Source: a virus (lineage: Duplodnaviria > Caudoviricetes). From it: DNA of 51,425 nt. Under the pieces are notes generated by a model. It did not search any database, was not told where the DNA came from, and worked only from the letters and a program-made list of their open reading frames with translations. The stretch is taken from the IMG/VR virus record IMGVR_UViG_3300037297_000175, positions 1-51,425 of that record, one strand, 5' to 3'. Positions 27,357 through 35,001 of the stretch are shown piece after piece. How positions within the stretch are numbered: position 1 is the first letter of the stretch; every line of letters begins with the position of its first letter. A program made the translations under genes and the position numbers.

Positions 27357-27385
27357 TGGACACATCCGGATGTGTCCGATATAGT
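27357..27385 (+). promoter_or_regulatory. Sigma70-type promoter overlapped by a perfect 20-bp palindrome
   Basis: TGGACA-N17-TATAGT; GGACACATCCGGATGTGTCC at 27358-27377; AT-rich region upstream. Confidence 0.75.
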
Positions 27386-27432
27386 AGGTACAGATGGTCG
27401 CAATGAAGCGACCATGAGCAAAGGAGAGAAAG

Positions 27433-27600
27433 ATGAAAAACTTGATAGGGTATGAGGCAATCGAAGCAAAAAAGAACAATGATAGCGTAGTCCTCAACAA
27501 GCATGCAGACCCCATAGAAGACGCGCGTTATGACATCTCAGTAGCAGATGCTGAGGAAATCGCCAGCGAAGACCCCAGTCTCATCTACGTTGCAGACTGA
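27433..27600 (+). CDS. Small acidic protein (55 aa), cassette gene 1
   Basis: Read manually: MKNLIGYEAIEAKKNNDSVVLNKHADPIEDARYDISVADAEEIASEDPSLIYVAD; AAAGGAG RBS. Confidence 0.75.
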   Translation: MKNLIGYEAIEAKKNNDSVVLNKHADPIEDARYDISVADAEEIASEDPSLIYVAD

Positions 27601-27602
27601 AC

Positions 27603-27676
27603 CGACCCCCATCCCGCCCGCCAACCATGGCGGACGGGAGTGGAGGCCGATTCGGCCAGAAAAGGAGCAAAAAATG
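27603..27676 (+). repeat. Intergenic hairpin-RBS leader, copy 1
   Basis: CGACCCCCA..hairpin..CGGGAGTGGAGGCCGATTCGGC..AAAGGAG..ATG. Confidence 0.85.
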
Positions 27677-28042
27677 CATTATTGTGTCAATAGATACGGG
27701 TGTCCCGTTCACCATCACGGGAGAGATGACCGACGATGCTCGTGTCGACCTTATTGGGTCGACGAACCAGGCTGTCGAGAGTTGCTCGATGGCGTTGAGT
27801 CCTCTAAAGCATGGAGGGAAGATCATGATCCTTGCGAATGTGCCATACACGGTGGTGATTGTATAGGAATATCCTCATCAATCGAGGCGCATCATCGCGC
27901 CGAGAGAGACTGGTGGCGAGATGCCGTAGATAAAGCCATCCGTAATGGGTGGCTCGGCGACGAAAATTGTCTATATTGGCATGTATCGTGGGAAACAGAA
28001 AACCGATACTGCAAAGAAGAAATTAAGCGTAGAGGGTTGTAA
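27674..28042 (+). CDS. Cys/His/Trp-rich hypothetical protein, cassette gene 2
   Basis: AAAAGGAG RBS before ATG 27674. Confidence 0.65.
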   Translation: MHYCVNRYGCPVHHHGRDDRRCSCRPYWVDEPGCRELLDGVESSKAWREDHDPCECAIHGGDCIGISSSIEAHHRAERDWWRDAVDKAIRNGWLGDENCLYWHVSWETENRYCKEEIKRRGL

Positions 28043-28043
28043 T

Positions 28044-28116
28044 CGACCCCCACCCTGTCTCAGATACCTCTGGGGCGGGAGTGGAGGCCGATTCGGCAAA
28101 AAAGGAGTAGAAAATG
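28044..28116 (+). repeat. Intergenic hairpin-RBS leader, copy 2
   Basis: Identical 9-nt and 22-nt blocks with copy 1; stem sequence differs but still pairs. Confidence 0.85.
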
Positions 28117-28296
28117 GATTTTTTCTATAAGACAGACGGAGAAAGCGGGATAATTCAGGCATCCTCGATTGAGGATGCTCGTGACAAAATGATTATCGAG
28201 GCCGGCCTTACGCCGGCAGCAATCAAGAATGGAGCATGGGGCTGGGTGGAGGATTGCGATGGCGTCCGAATCTACGTCGCCGAAGAAAACATATAG
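28114..28296 (+). CDS. Small acidic protein (60 aa), cassette gene 3
   Basis: AAAGGAG RBS; MDFFYKTDGESG... Confidence 0.7.
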   Translation: MDFFYKTDGESGIIQASSIEDARDKMIIEAGLTPAAIKNGAWGWVEDCDGVRIYVAEENI

Positions 28297-28330
28297 TGGC
28301 CGATTATCAGCCAAGCAAAGGAGTGTAAAG

Positions 28331-28819
28331 ATGGGAGAATTCTTAGATCAAGTGATGGCCGGAGGGCCGTCGCTGATGGATTTGAATGAAAAACAACAGC
28401 GTGTCGTAAGTTGCTTGAAAGAAGATCCGTCAGGCTGGGCTTGGCAATTGTCCAGAGAGAAAATATTAAATCCATTACGAGAGGCGGTGAAAGAAGAACT
28501 TCTTTCAGATTCCTCTTGTAAACTGGATTGTGCATTTCTAACCTACGATATGTTGATTGAGTCGTGCGCCAGCGAAGACGACTCGGAGTCCTGGGCCCGA
28601 AAATTAATTGCATGGATGAGTCCAGCCCTTCCTCAATTACATTTCGGGCCAAGGGGATGGCATGCGGCTTTCCGACATGCTGTGGTATCTGAAGCTAAGT
28701 GGTTGCGAGAGCATGAAAAAAACCAAAAAGATGTTAGGATTAACAGTCCAAGCCTTCCTCCTTGGGAAAACAAGGCATGCCTTGTACTGGCGGAGTTGGT
28801 GGAGGCGGAGACAATATGA
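28331..28819 (+). CDS. Hypothetical protein, cassette gene 4
   Basis: Shortened leader (GGCCGATT..AAAGGAG) before ATG 28331. Confidence 0.65.
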   Translation: MGEFLDQVMAGGPSLMDLNEKQQRVVSCLKEDPSGWAWQLSREKILNPLREAVKEELLSDSSCKLDCAFLTYDMLIESCASEDDSESWARKLIAWMSPALPQLHFGPRGWHAAFRHAVVSEAKWLREHEKNQKDVRINSPSLPPWENKACLVLAELVEAETI

Positions 28820-28889
28820 CAGACTACGTCCGAATGGAGAATCATCACAGGAATCACAGGTTGCCGTGGTCGCGGCCAAGGGGTGAGAG

Positions 28890-29168
28890 ATGAGCACCGA
28901 CGCGGCCGTCACGGCCGCTCGCCTACTACTCGAAGCGAACGTCCCGAGCGGCATCACCCAAGAGCGGATCGACCGGCTCGCCGAGGTGATAAAGGGAATC
29001 ACCGAAGATGAGCTTTCACGGCTCAGAATCGAGACATGTGCCCACGGGGGAGGGGACCCGGAGCGATACGGGAAACGGAGGAAGCGCGCCGGGCGGGCTG
29101 TCAAGATAGGGACCGCTGGCGTACATCCTGGTGAGAAAGGCGTCCAGATCTGGGCGGTATGGGCTTAG
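28890..29168 (+). CDS. Hypothetical protein, last cassette gene, convergent with TerL
   Basis: ORF track; basic C-terminal half. Confidence 0.55.
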   Translation: MSTDAAVTAARLLLEANVPSGITQERIDRLAEVIKGITEDELSRLRIETCAHGGGDPERYGKRRKRAGRAVKIGTAGVHPGEKGVQIWAVWA

Positions 29169-31150
29169 GCCGCCTCACGCCAGAACACCCCATTCTTGCA
29201 GTATTCCCAGAACTGGTACCAATCCACGCCATCCTCGAGCTCGTATACTTTTACACACACAAGATAGGCGAGTATCTCCACCGAGGCGTGCCCGTACACG
29301 AGGAGGTCCCAGAGCTCATTATCAGCGCCACTCGGCCGGTGCCATACATACCCTTTCCGGCCGTTCTGGAGATCAACCTCTTTTTTGTATTCACGGGTGA
29401 GCTCCTTGATCTCATCATCGGTAGCATCTACCGGCAAATTGAGGACATATGGGCGTTGGGTGCCGTGCTCTGGTCGCCACCTACGGCGCAGCGCTGGTCC
29501 GCATCGGTCTTTGTATTCGTCGACGGTAATCAAATAGTACAGCGCACCAGATTTCGTTTTTGATTCCTTGAACGGCTGGATGGTACTGGACTTCGGCGAT
29601 TTGTCAGTCCCCATAATGGGATAAACCATGTGATCCCATTGAGAGCAAAAATCAACCACCACGTCGGTATTGTACCGAGCATCAATTAGACTCAATGCCA
29701 ACCGGTATTCTCGCCCTCGGTCATCTACCCATGTCTCTGCGTCAATGACATCTCTGAGTTGATCCCATCCCTCCGCGTCGATGCTTTCAAACCCGGTCTC
29801 TGTCTCGTCGATAATTTGGTAGTAGTCGATCTGCCACGGATTAAAACCAAACCCGTCGCCCTGTGTCCACCCCCAAATCGCAACATTGAGATGCGATTTG
29901 TGAACATCCACGGTCATGGTCAGAAACAGTACGCCAGATACGCAGTATTCTTCGATTTTCTTATTTGGTATCTGTCCCTTGGTGTAGAACTGCCGTCGGT
30001 GACCGGATACGACGCGGAATGTGATCTTGTCCCCTTCCTCCTCGAATGTCTGCGCGAGAAAGTTGTTGTAAAGCCTGCGAAGAGCCTTCCTACTCTTCGT
30101 GCGTCCCGTCTTGATGTCCATGGCCTCGAGGTACATCGATACGCCTTTTGACCACCTTGTTCGGCGAGACATGAGGCCGGTGATATGGTAGCTCCTGATT
30201 CCTGGCTCAACCGGAACGGCAGTAGGCTCCCAAAAGGCATTATCCTTCGCGATAAACCTGATTTTGTCGTGCTCTGTATGTGGATTATCGCAGTATTTAC
30301 AGTGGTACCGAACGCTGTTTATGTCGAGCTGGTCACCATTCATATCCCATTTCAGACCATACTTCTTTCCTGTGTCCTTGTTCGTTCCGGAGAACCGCAG
30401 CTCCTGTGCCTCTCCGCACCTCAGACACCGAACCTTGTATTTCCTCCGGTCACCTCTGTTGTATTGCTCTTCAATCCGTGATGCCCCCCTCGTTGTAGGC
30501 GTGCACCCAATGAAAATCTTTCTGACATCATCAAATGCAGTTGTCCTATCACGAAAAAGCTGGATTGGGTCGCCGTCCGGGTTGTCCGGATAGGCGTCTA
30601 CCTCGTCGAGCAGTAGCCCTAAAGCAGGGATCTCTCTCATCATGTGGGCTTTCTGCCCGCCTCTCGGGATCATGTGGCCGCCGCCGACCCACTGCATGTG
30701 ATCCTTGGTGACACCGCGTTTTCTACTGTTCCCGATGTCATGACTTTGAAAGATGCCTCCGAGCCCGGATAACTGAAACATCGGTATGAACGATGAATCA
30801 ATAATCTCCCTGGCAGCGTCGATTGTGACGTTCGAGTAAATGACGGGAGCGGTCCGGATATGAACAGCGAAATAAAAAACGATTGCCCTCAAGATTGTCG
30901 AGTAAGCGGATTGCACACACTTCAGGACAGATACTTCACGGACATCCTCTCGAACATCAAAGCAGTTCAGGGGCTCAATCCAGTACGGAGTACGGTCAAA
31001 TCGGATGTAGCCCGGGTCTTTCGTCTCTGACGACGGCAGGAAGCGCATGCTCTCGTTGCACTCAACCGGTGTCATCTGCTGAATATGGTCCGTGAGGTCC
31101 AACGCCGTCTCGGACGCCCACTGCCTTCCAATTGTGTCGATATTACACAT
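29165..31150 (-). CDS. Terminase large subunit, lambda gpA family
   Basis: RTPYW, LLDEVDAY (Walker B), GCTPT, CxxC pairs, MTVDVH, NELWDLLVY. Confidence 0.93.
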   Translation of the reverse strand: MCNIDTIGRQWASETALDLTDHIQQMTPVECNESMRFLPSSETKDPGYIRFDRTPYWIEPLNCFDVREDVREVSVLKCVQSAYSTILRAIVFYFAVHIRTAPVIYSNVTIDAAREIIDSSFIPMFQLSGLGGIFQSHDIGNSRKRGVTKDHMQWVGGGHMIPRGGQKAHMMREIPALGLLLDEVDAYPDNPDGDPIQLFRDRTTAFDDVRKIFIGCTPTTRGASRIEEQYNRGDRRKYKVRCLRCGEAQELRFSGTNKDTGKKYGLKWDMNGDQLDINSVRYHCKYCDNPHTEHDKIRFIAKDNAFWEPTAVPVEPGIRSYHITGLMSRRTRWSKGVSMYLEAMDIKTGRTKSRKALRRLYNNFLAQTFEEEGDKITFRVVSGHRRQFYTKGQIPNKKIEEYCVSGVLFLTMTVDVHKSHLNVAIWGWTQGDGFGFNPWQIDYYQIIDETETGFESIDAEGWDQLRDVIDAETWVDDRGREYRLALSLIDARYNTDVVVDFCSQWDHMVYPIMGTDKSPKSSTIQPFKESKTKSGALYYLITVDEYKDRCGPALRRRWRPEHGTQRPYVLNLPVDATDDEIKELTREYKKEVDLQNGRKGYVWHRPSGADNELWDLLVYGHASVEILAYLVCVKVYELEDGVDWYQFWEYCKNGVFWREAA

Positions 31151-31772
31151 CTTCGAACAGCGCCCTTTTGATGTCACGCTTCAGCGGTTTAACAAGGGAG
31201 GAGATCTCTTCCCGGATGGCCACCTCTACTTCTTCGCGGGCGACACCCTTCTCTCCTCTCTCCTCCGCCTCGAGACCGGACCGAACAAGGGAGAACGCCG
31301 TTGAGGTGATCGTCTTGGCTCCATCTGTGAGTAGCCGTACAAGGAATGTTTCTAGTGGGTTCCATACGCCACGGATCATAATCTCCCTTGCAACTAGGCG
31401 CCCCTCAATCTGGGCATTCTTGAGTTCAAGTTGCTGGGCCTGTGCTGCCAGTTTTCGTCGCTCAAGGACGAGCTTGTCCATAGCACCTGAGATGTCGTCT
31501 TCGCTTGGGAGGGGAAAAGGTGGACGGTCAATAGATGGGCGCCCCCGCGGCGCTGACTTCTTTTTCGGACCTGGCTTCTTATTAGCTTTGCTTGGCTTCT
31601 TCTTTTTTGACCGCTCCTTCTTAGCGGCAATGTAGGCGCCACACTCCGGCGCTTCTGCGTCAATCGTGCCGTCTGGCAATACAGGGATCCGGTTCTCCCG
31701 TATCGCCTTCGAGACGGCCGCTTTCGAGACGCCAGCCAGATCCGCGAAGTCCTTTTTCGAAACACGGCCCAT
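31143..31772 (-). CDS. Terminase small subunit
   Basis: N-terminal HTH SKKDFADLAGVSKAAVSKAI; ELKNAQIEGRLV; upstream of TerL. Confidence 0.8.
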   Translation of the reverse strand: MGRVSKKDFADLAGVSKAAVSKAIRENRIPVLPDGTIDAEAPECGAYIAAKKERSKKKKPSKANKKPGPKKKSAPRGRPSIDRPPFPLPSEDDISGAMDKLVLERRKLAAQAQQLELKNAQIEGRLVAREIMIRGVWNPLETFLVRLLTDGAKTITSTAFSLVRSGLEAEERGEKGVAREEVEVAIREEISSLVKPLKRDIKRALFEDV

Positions 31773-31790
31773 ATCCCCATTGTCTGCATG

Positions 31791-31996
31791 GTTAACCGGG
31801 TTGTCAATTGGTTAACTGACAGGTTAACTAACCGTCAACTCTCAGTTTCTTGTCTTGTAAATAAGATAAGGCTGCGTGAAATTTCACGGGAAGTTAACTG
31901 TATTTTAGGTTAACTGGATTTTTTTCATGGGACAGCGCGAGACCCGACGTACGCATATAAACACGGCAGGGGGGTGGGGGGGGTGTCACAGGACCC
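31791..31996 (-). other. Candidate lambda-like cos region (cosQ-like, cosN-like and GTTAAC array)
   Basis: GGGTCCT at 31996-31990; GCG-TACGTCGGGTCT-CGC at 31954-31937; five GTTAAC copies; just upstream of TerS. Confidence 0.5.
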
Positions 31997-32225
31997 GCTC
32001 GAAAAAGCGTGGTAGCTGCTTGCGCTTAACGGCCAGCTGAATATCCTCCATCGTGACTTTGCCCGCTACAATGGCGGATACGACGCGCTGTACCGCTTCC
32101 CTTGGTTCCTCACTGGCGCGATACTCTTGGGGTTCTCGAAACTGCTCAAACATGGTGTACTCGGTTGGTCTAGTCATTATCATCTGTCGAACCTTCCTGC
32201 TGCGCAGGTCGCCCGCCCTCAGCAC
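31986..32225 (-). CDS. Hypothetical protein
   Basis: ORF track; start uncertain. Confidence 0.4.
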   Translation of the reverse strand: MLRAGDLRSRKVRQMIMTRPTEYTMFEQFREPQEYRASEEPREAVQRVVSAIVAGKVTMEDIQLAVKRKQLPRFFERVL

Positions 32226-32404
32226 CCCACAGTGTATATGAGGTTCACGGGTTCGACAAGAATTCCTAGGGCGGTGTCGGTATCAGTGCGTTTCAGAGGG
32301 GGATGCCACACGCTCTCGAAAGTGCTACATGCTGTCATTATCCATCGATTTGGCGATTTGTTCGTTATACATGGCCGGCGCCTTAATCGTCGCTTGCGCA
32401 TCAT
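32219..32404 (-). CDS. Small basic hypothetical protein
   Basis: ATGA-coupled ORF. Confidence 0.35.
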   Translation of the reverse strand: MMRKRRLRRRPCITNKSPNRWIMTACSTFESVWHPPLKRTDTDTALGILVEPVNLIYTVGC

Positions 32405-32592
32405 CTCTGACTAAACGTTATTTCGTCGAGCATCGCAGTCGCCTTCCTGGATAGTGAAAAGTACGGGCGGTTCACTGTGCGCTCCACTCGTTTTATCCTG
32501 CACCACGGCATTATGCCAAACTCAGCTGCGTAAAACTCCACGAAGAGAGGGTGGTTTCGGCAAAGCAGTTTTTTTCTCAGTCGCTTGCGCAT
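32401..32592 (-). CDS. Small basic hypothetical protein
   Basis: MRKRLRKK start after the previous stop. Confidence 0.4.
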   Translation of the reverse strand: MRKRLRKKLLCRNHPLFVEFYAAEFGIMPWCRIKRVERTVNRPYFSLSRKATAMLDEITFSQR

Positions 32593-32596
32593 TCGC

Positions 32597-32860
32597 CTAC
32601 CAAATCTCCCAGCTATCCGGATCCGCAATCCTCTGCAGGGCTGCAATGGCCTCCTCGTCTAACGGCTCGTCAATCCACGGGTCATAGTCACCATCGTCAT
32701 CGATGAGCCCGTCAGTATACTCTATGGACAGCAGTAATGGACACTGACGAGTCAGCAGCAGCGTAGAAAAGCCAACCGAACAGCCCTTGAGAATTGGTGG
32801 CGTCAGTCGTTTCACCGGTGGGGCTGGTGGGAGCGGAGGATTGGGTTGCTTTCTGCTCAT
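32597..32860 (-). CDS. Hypothetical protein
   Basis: AAAGG RBS; Pro-rich N-terminus and acidic C-terminus. Confidence 0.4.
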   Translation of the reverse strand: MSRKQPNPPLPPAPPVKRLTPPILKGCSVGFSTLLLTRQCPLLLSIEYTDGLIDDDGDYDPWIDEPLDEEAIAALQRIADPDSWEIW

Positions 32861-32878
32861 GGTTTGCCTTTCTCGCCG

Positions 32879-33100
32879 TCAGGGTGTAGGGCAACTCTCC
32901 GGTTCTCTCAAGCGGTGATACGGGCAATACGGGCAGCCCGGCCCCACCGAGGCGCTCTCCTCACAGAGAAACCCATGGACAGCCCTGCGAGCGGAGAGCA
33001 GGTCCGTATACGACCCCTTGAGCCGCTCCTTGACCACGTCGATAACTCGGTAAATAGACTCGATTTCGACAATTATGTACCTTTTTGTCCTGTTGTGCAT
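32879..33100 (-). CDS. Hypothetical protein
   Basis: ORF track; C-terminal CPYCPY. Confidence 0.4.
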   Translation of the reverse strand: MHNRTKRYIIVEIESIYRVIDVVKERLKGSYTDLLSARRAVHGFLCEESASVGPGCPYCPYHRLREPESCPTP

Positions 33101-33140
33101 GTTTTCATTTTCTTTCTCTGCCTTTCTGGTTTGGTATCTG

Positions 33141-33512
33141 CTATCTCCTGTCGCTTATGGCGGTCACTATTCCGTCGTCGCAAGTGATCTGGTACGCAAT
33201 ACGTCGCTTGCCTTCTGCTCGCCACTTGAACACTTCACGGCTGCACTTTACCAGTTGCTTCTGATCGACCATATCTGGCTGACCAAGAGCATCCAAGACC
33301 TGCTCACTGGTCATTCCTATCCACATTTCACCTTCGGCCAGTCGCTCACCGTCTTCTTTGCCGTACTTTTCGATGAGCATTTTCTTTTTTTCTTCATCTT
33401 TCTTGAGGCTCATTTTTACGGCAATGATAACCCAGAGGATTACGCCTCCAATGATGAGTCCCAAGAACAATAAAAAATTGCTAAAGATCCATCCTATTGC
33501 GTCCCATATCAT
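33141..33512 (-). CDS. Membrane protein with SmpA/BamE-like domain
   Basis: N-terminal TM helix; WIGMTSEQVLDALGQPD. Confidence 0.6.
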   Translation of the reverse strand: MIWDAIGWIFSNFLLFLGLIIGGVILWVIIAVKMSLKKDEEKKKMLIEKYGKEDGERLAEGEMWIGMTSEQVLDALGQPDMVDQKQLVKCSREVFKWRAEGKRRIAYQITCDDGIVTAISDRR

Positions 33513-33514
33513 GA

Positions 33515-34102
33515 CTATTCTATCCCGCCGCAGCACTCGCCAATCTTCATGAGTACTTCACCTATGCCGATATCGGTCAGGTAACCGCATAGGTAGCCGC
33601 TTTTAATAATACCGCCCTTTTTCTGGCATTGTTCGGCGACTATAAACTCATTGTTGCCATCTATACACTCATAAGCCGGGTTATCCGTCGGACAAAGTGG
33701 AGGCATTTGACAACAACCACCATGTTCGCAGTCTGGTGATATGAAAGTATCACCGTTATAATCGACGCAATACTGATACCAGAGTCCACTCATTGAACTA
33801 CTGTCATCATTGCAATACCGCCCATCCTCCTCGTTGCACGAATCCCCATCCGTAGGAACGTCTGCGTCCGTATCGGTGTCCGCATCAGAATCAGTGTCAG
33901 AATCAGTGTCGGTATCGCTATCGGTGTCGCTGTCCGAGTCAGTATCAGTATCAGAATCCGTGTCCGTATCCGTGTCGGTGTCGGTGTCCCCATCACCCCC
34001 CGGATCGCTCTCCGTCTCGCTGTCGTCAAACTCCTTGTTCGGCTCGGTGTCGCACCCCGTAACCACCCAAAAAATCACCAAAATCCATGTTTTTACTTTC
34101 AT
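33515..34102 (-). CDS. Lipoprotein with Asp/Thr/Ser repeat linker and Cys-rich domain
   Basis: Signal peptide with VTGC lipobox; (DT/DS)n tract; many Cys. Confidence 0.8.
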   Translation of the reverse strand: MKVKTWILVIFWVVTGCDTEPNKEFDDSETESDPGGDGDTDTDTDTDTDSDTDTDSDSDTDSDTDTDSDTDSDADTDTDADVPTDGDSCNEEDGRYCNDDSSSMSGLWYQYCVDYNGDTFISPDCEHGGCCQMPPLCPTDNPAYECIDGNNEFIVAEQCQKKGGIIKSGYLCGYLTDIGIGEVLMKIGECCGGIE

Positions 34103-34159
34103 TTTCTTGCCTTTTTCTCAATGCTTCCCCGTGTTAAGATCGACGTGGAGGTGAAGCTT

Positions 34160-34906
34160 TTGTTCAAAATTGTACTGGATATGAGACCGATTGAACAGCT
34201 CGAAAATGACCTGGACAAATTCGGGAAGCACGCCCTTCCCTATGCCGTCCGGGACACGCTGAACAATGCGGCCTACAAGACCCACAGCTTGGCTCAACGG
34301 AATGTTGGCCGAAAGTTCACAGAACGGAACACATTTACCCGACGATCCGTTAAATTCAAAAAAACCCGTGCCAGGCACATTGACCAGATGGAAACTATAG
34401 TGGGCTCTACCCAGGAGTACATGGCCAAGCAAGAGCAAGGGTTTATTCAGACCAGTCGTGGTCGCCACGGGGTCGCCATCCCCACCAGCGCGGCCGCAGA
34501 CCAGGGACAGGCCCGGAAGCGCACCCGGAAAATCAAGGAGCGAAACTGGCTGAACAAAATACGACCGCCATCTGTGCGAGTAAGGGGTAAAGGACGGACT
34601 ATTGTGGCCGTCAGAAAGGCGATGGATAGTGGCAGCCGGGTTGTCTTCATCACCAAGCGCCATGATCCATGGGGGCGCCCAACGGGATTCTATCGGGTTC
34701 TCGGCAAAAAGAAAAAAGGCTCCGGATGGCCGAAGGGGGCCAAACTCCAGATGATCTACTCTGCCGAGCGCCCCACTGTGCGGACCTCGCCTCATCGCTG
34801 GCTCGAACCGGCCGTGGCGGTCATCGTTAAAAAGCTCGACACGATCTATCGAGATGCCGTGATTCGGCAGATCAAAATCAATCGCTCGTTCCGGGATAGG
34901 GGCTGA
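34160..34906 (+). CDS. Tail completion protein, lambda gpZ-like, isolated on the opposite strand
   Basis: GGAGG plus TTG start; ALPYAVRDTLNNAAY..FTERNTFT..VGS...QEQG...WLEPA; very basic. Confidence 0.65.
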   Translation: MFKIVLDMRPIEQLENDLDKFGKHALPYAVRDTLNNAAYKTHSLAQRNVGRKFTERNTFTRRSVKFKKTRARHIDQMETIVGSTQEYMAKQEQGFIQTSRGRHGVAIPTSAAADQGQARKRTRKIKERNWLNKIRPPSVRVRGKGRTIVAVRKAMDSGSRVVFITKRHDPWGRPTGFYRVLGKKKKGSGWPKGAKLQMIYSAERPTVRTSPHRWLEPAVAVIVKKLDTIYRDAVIRQIKINRSFRDRG

Positions 34907-35001
34907 TGTCGCTACGGTACCGGGACGACATTTAGGTATCGCCATGAGCTCCGGACGACGTCGGCGCCGAGCGACACACGAGGACCTTGGCGACACCGCC
35001 A

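Noticed and set aside
27603-28333. CRISPR mini-array or integron attC array
   Set aside because: Repeats are separated by whole genes of unequal size, end in an RBS and ATG, and lack RYYYAAC/GTTRRRY cores; no cas or intI gene is present.
30890-30935. Degenerate TerL Walker A (KCVQSAYS) suggesting an inactive terminase
   Set aside because: gpA-family Walker A motifs are naturally atypical, and the other ATPase and nuclease motifs are intact.
33865-33990. Non-coding tandem repeat or array
   Set aside because: It is the coding (DT/DS)n linker of a lipoprotein.
34103-34935. Invertible segment explaining the gpZ-like gene orientation
   Set aside because: No flanking inverted repeats were seen and there is no serine invertase in the genome.
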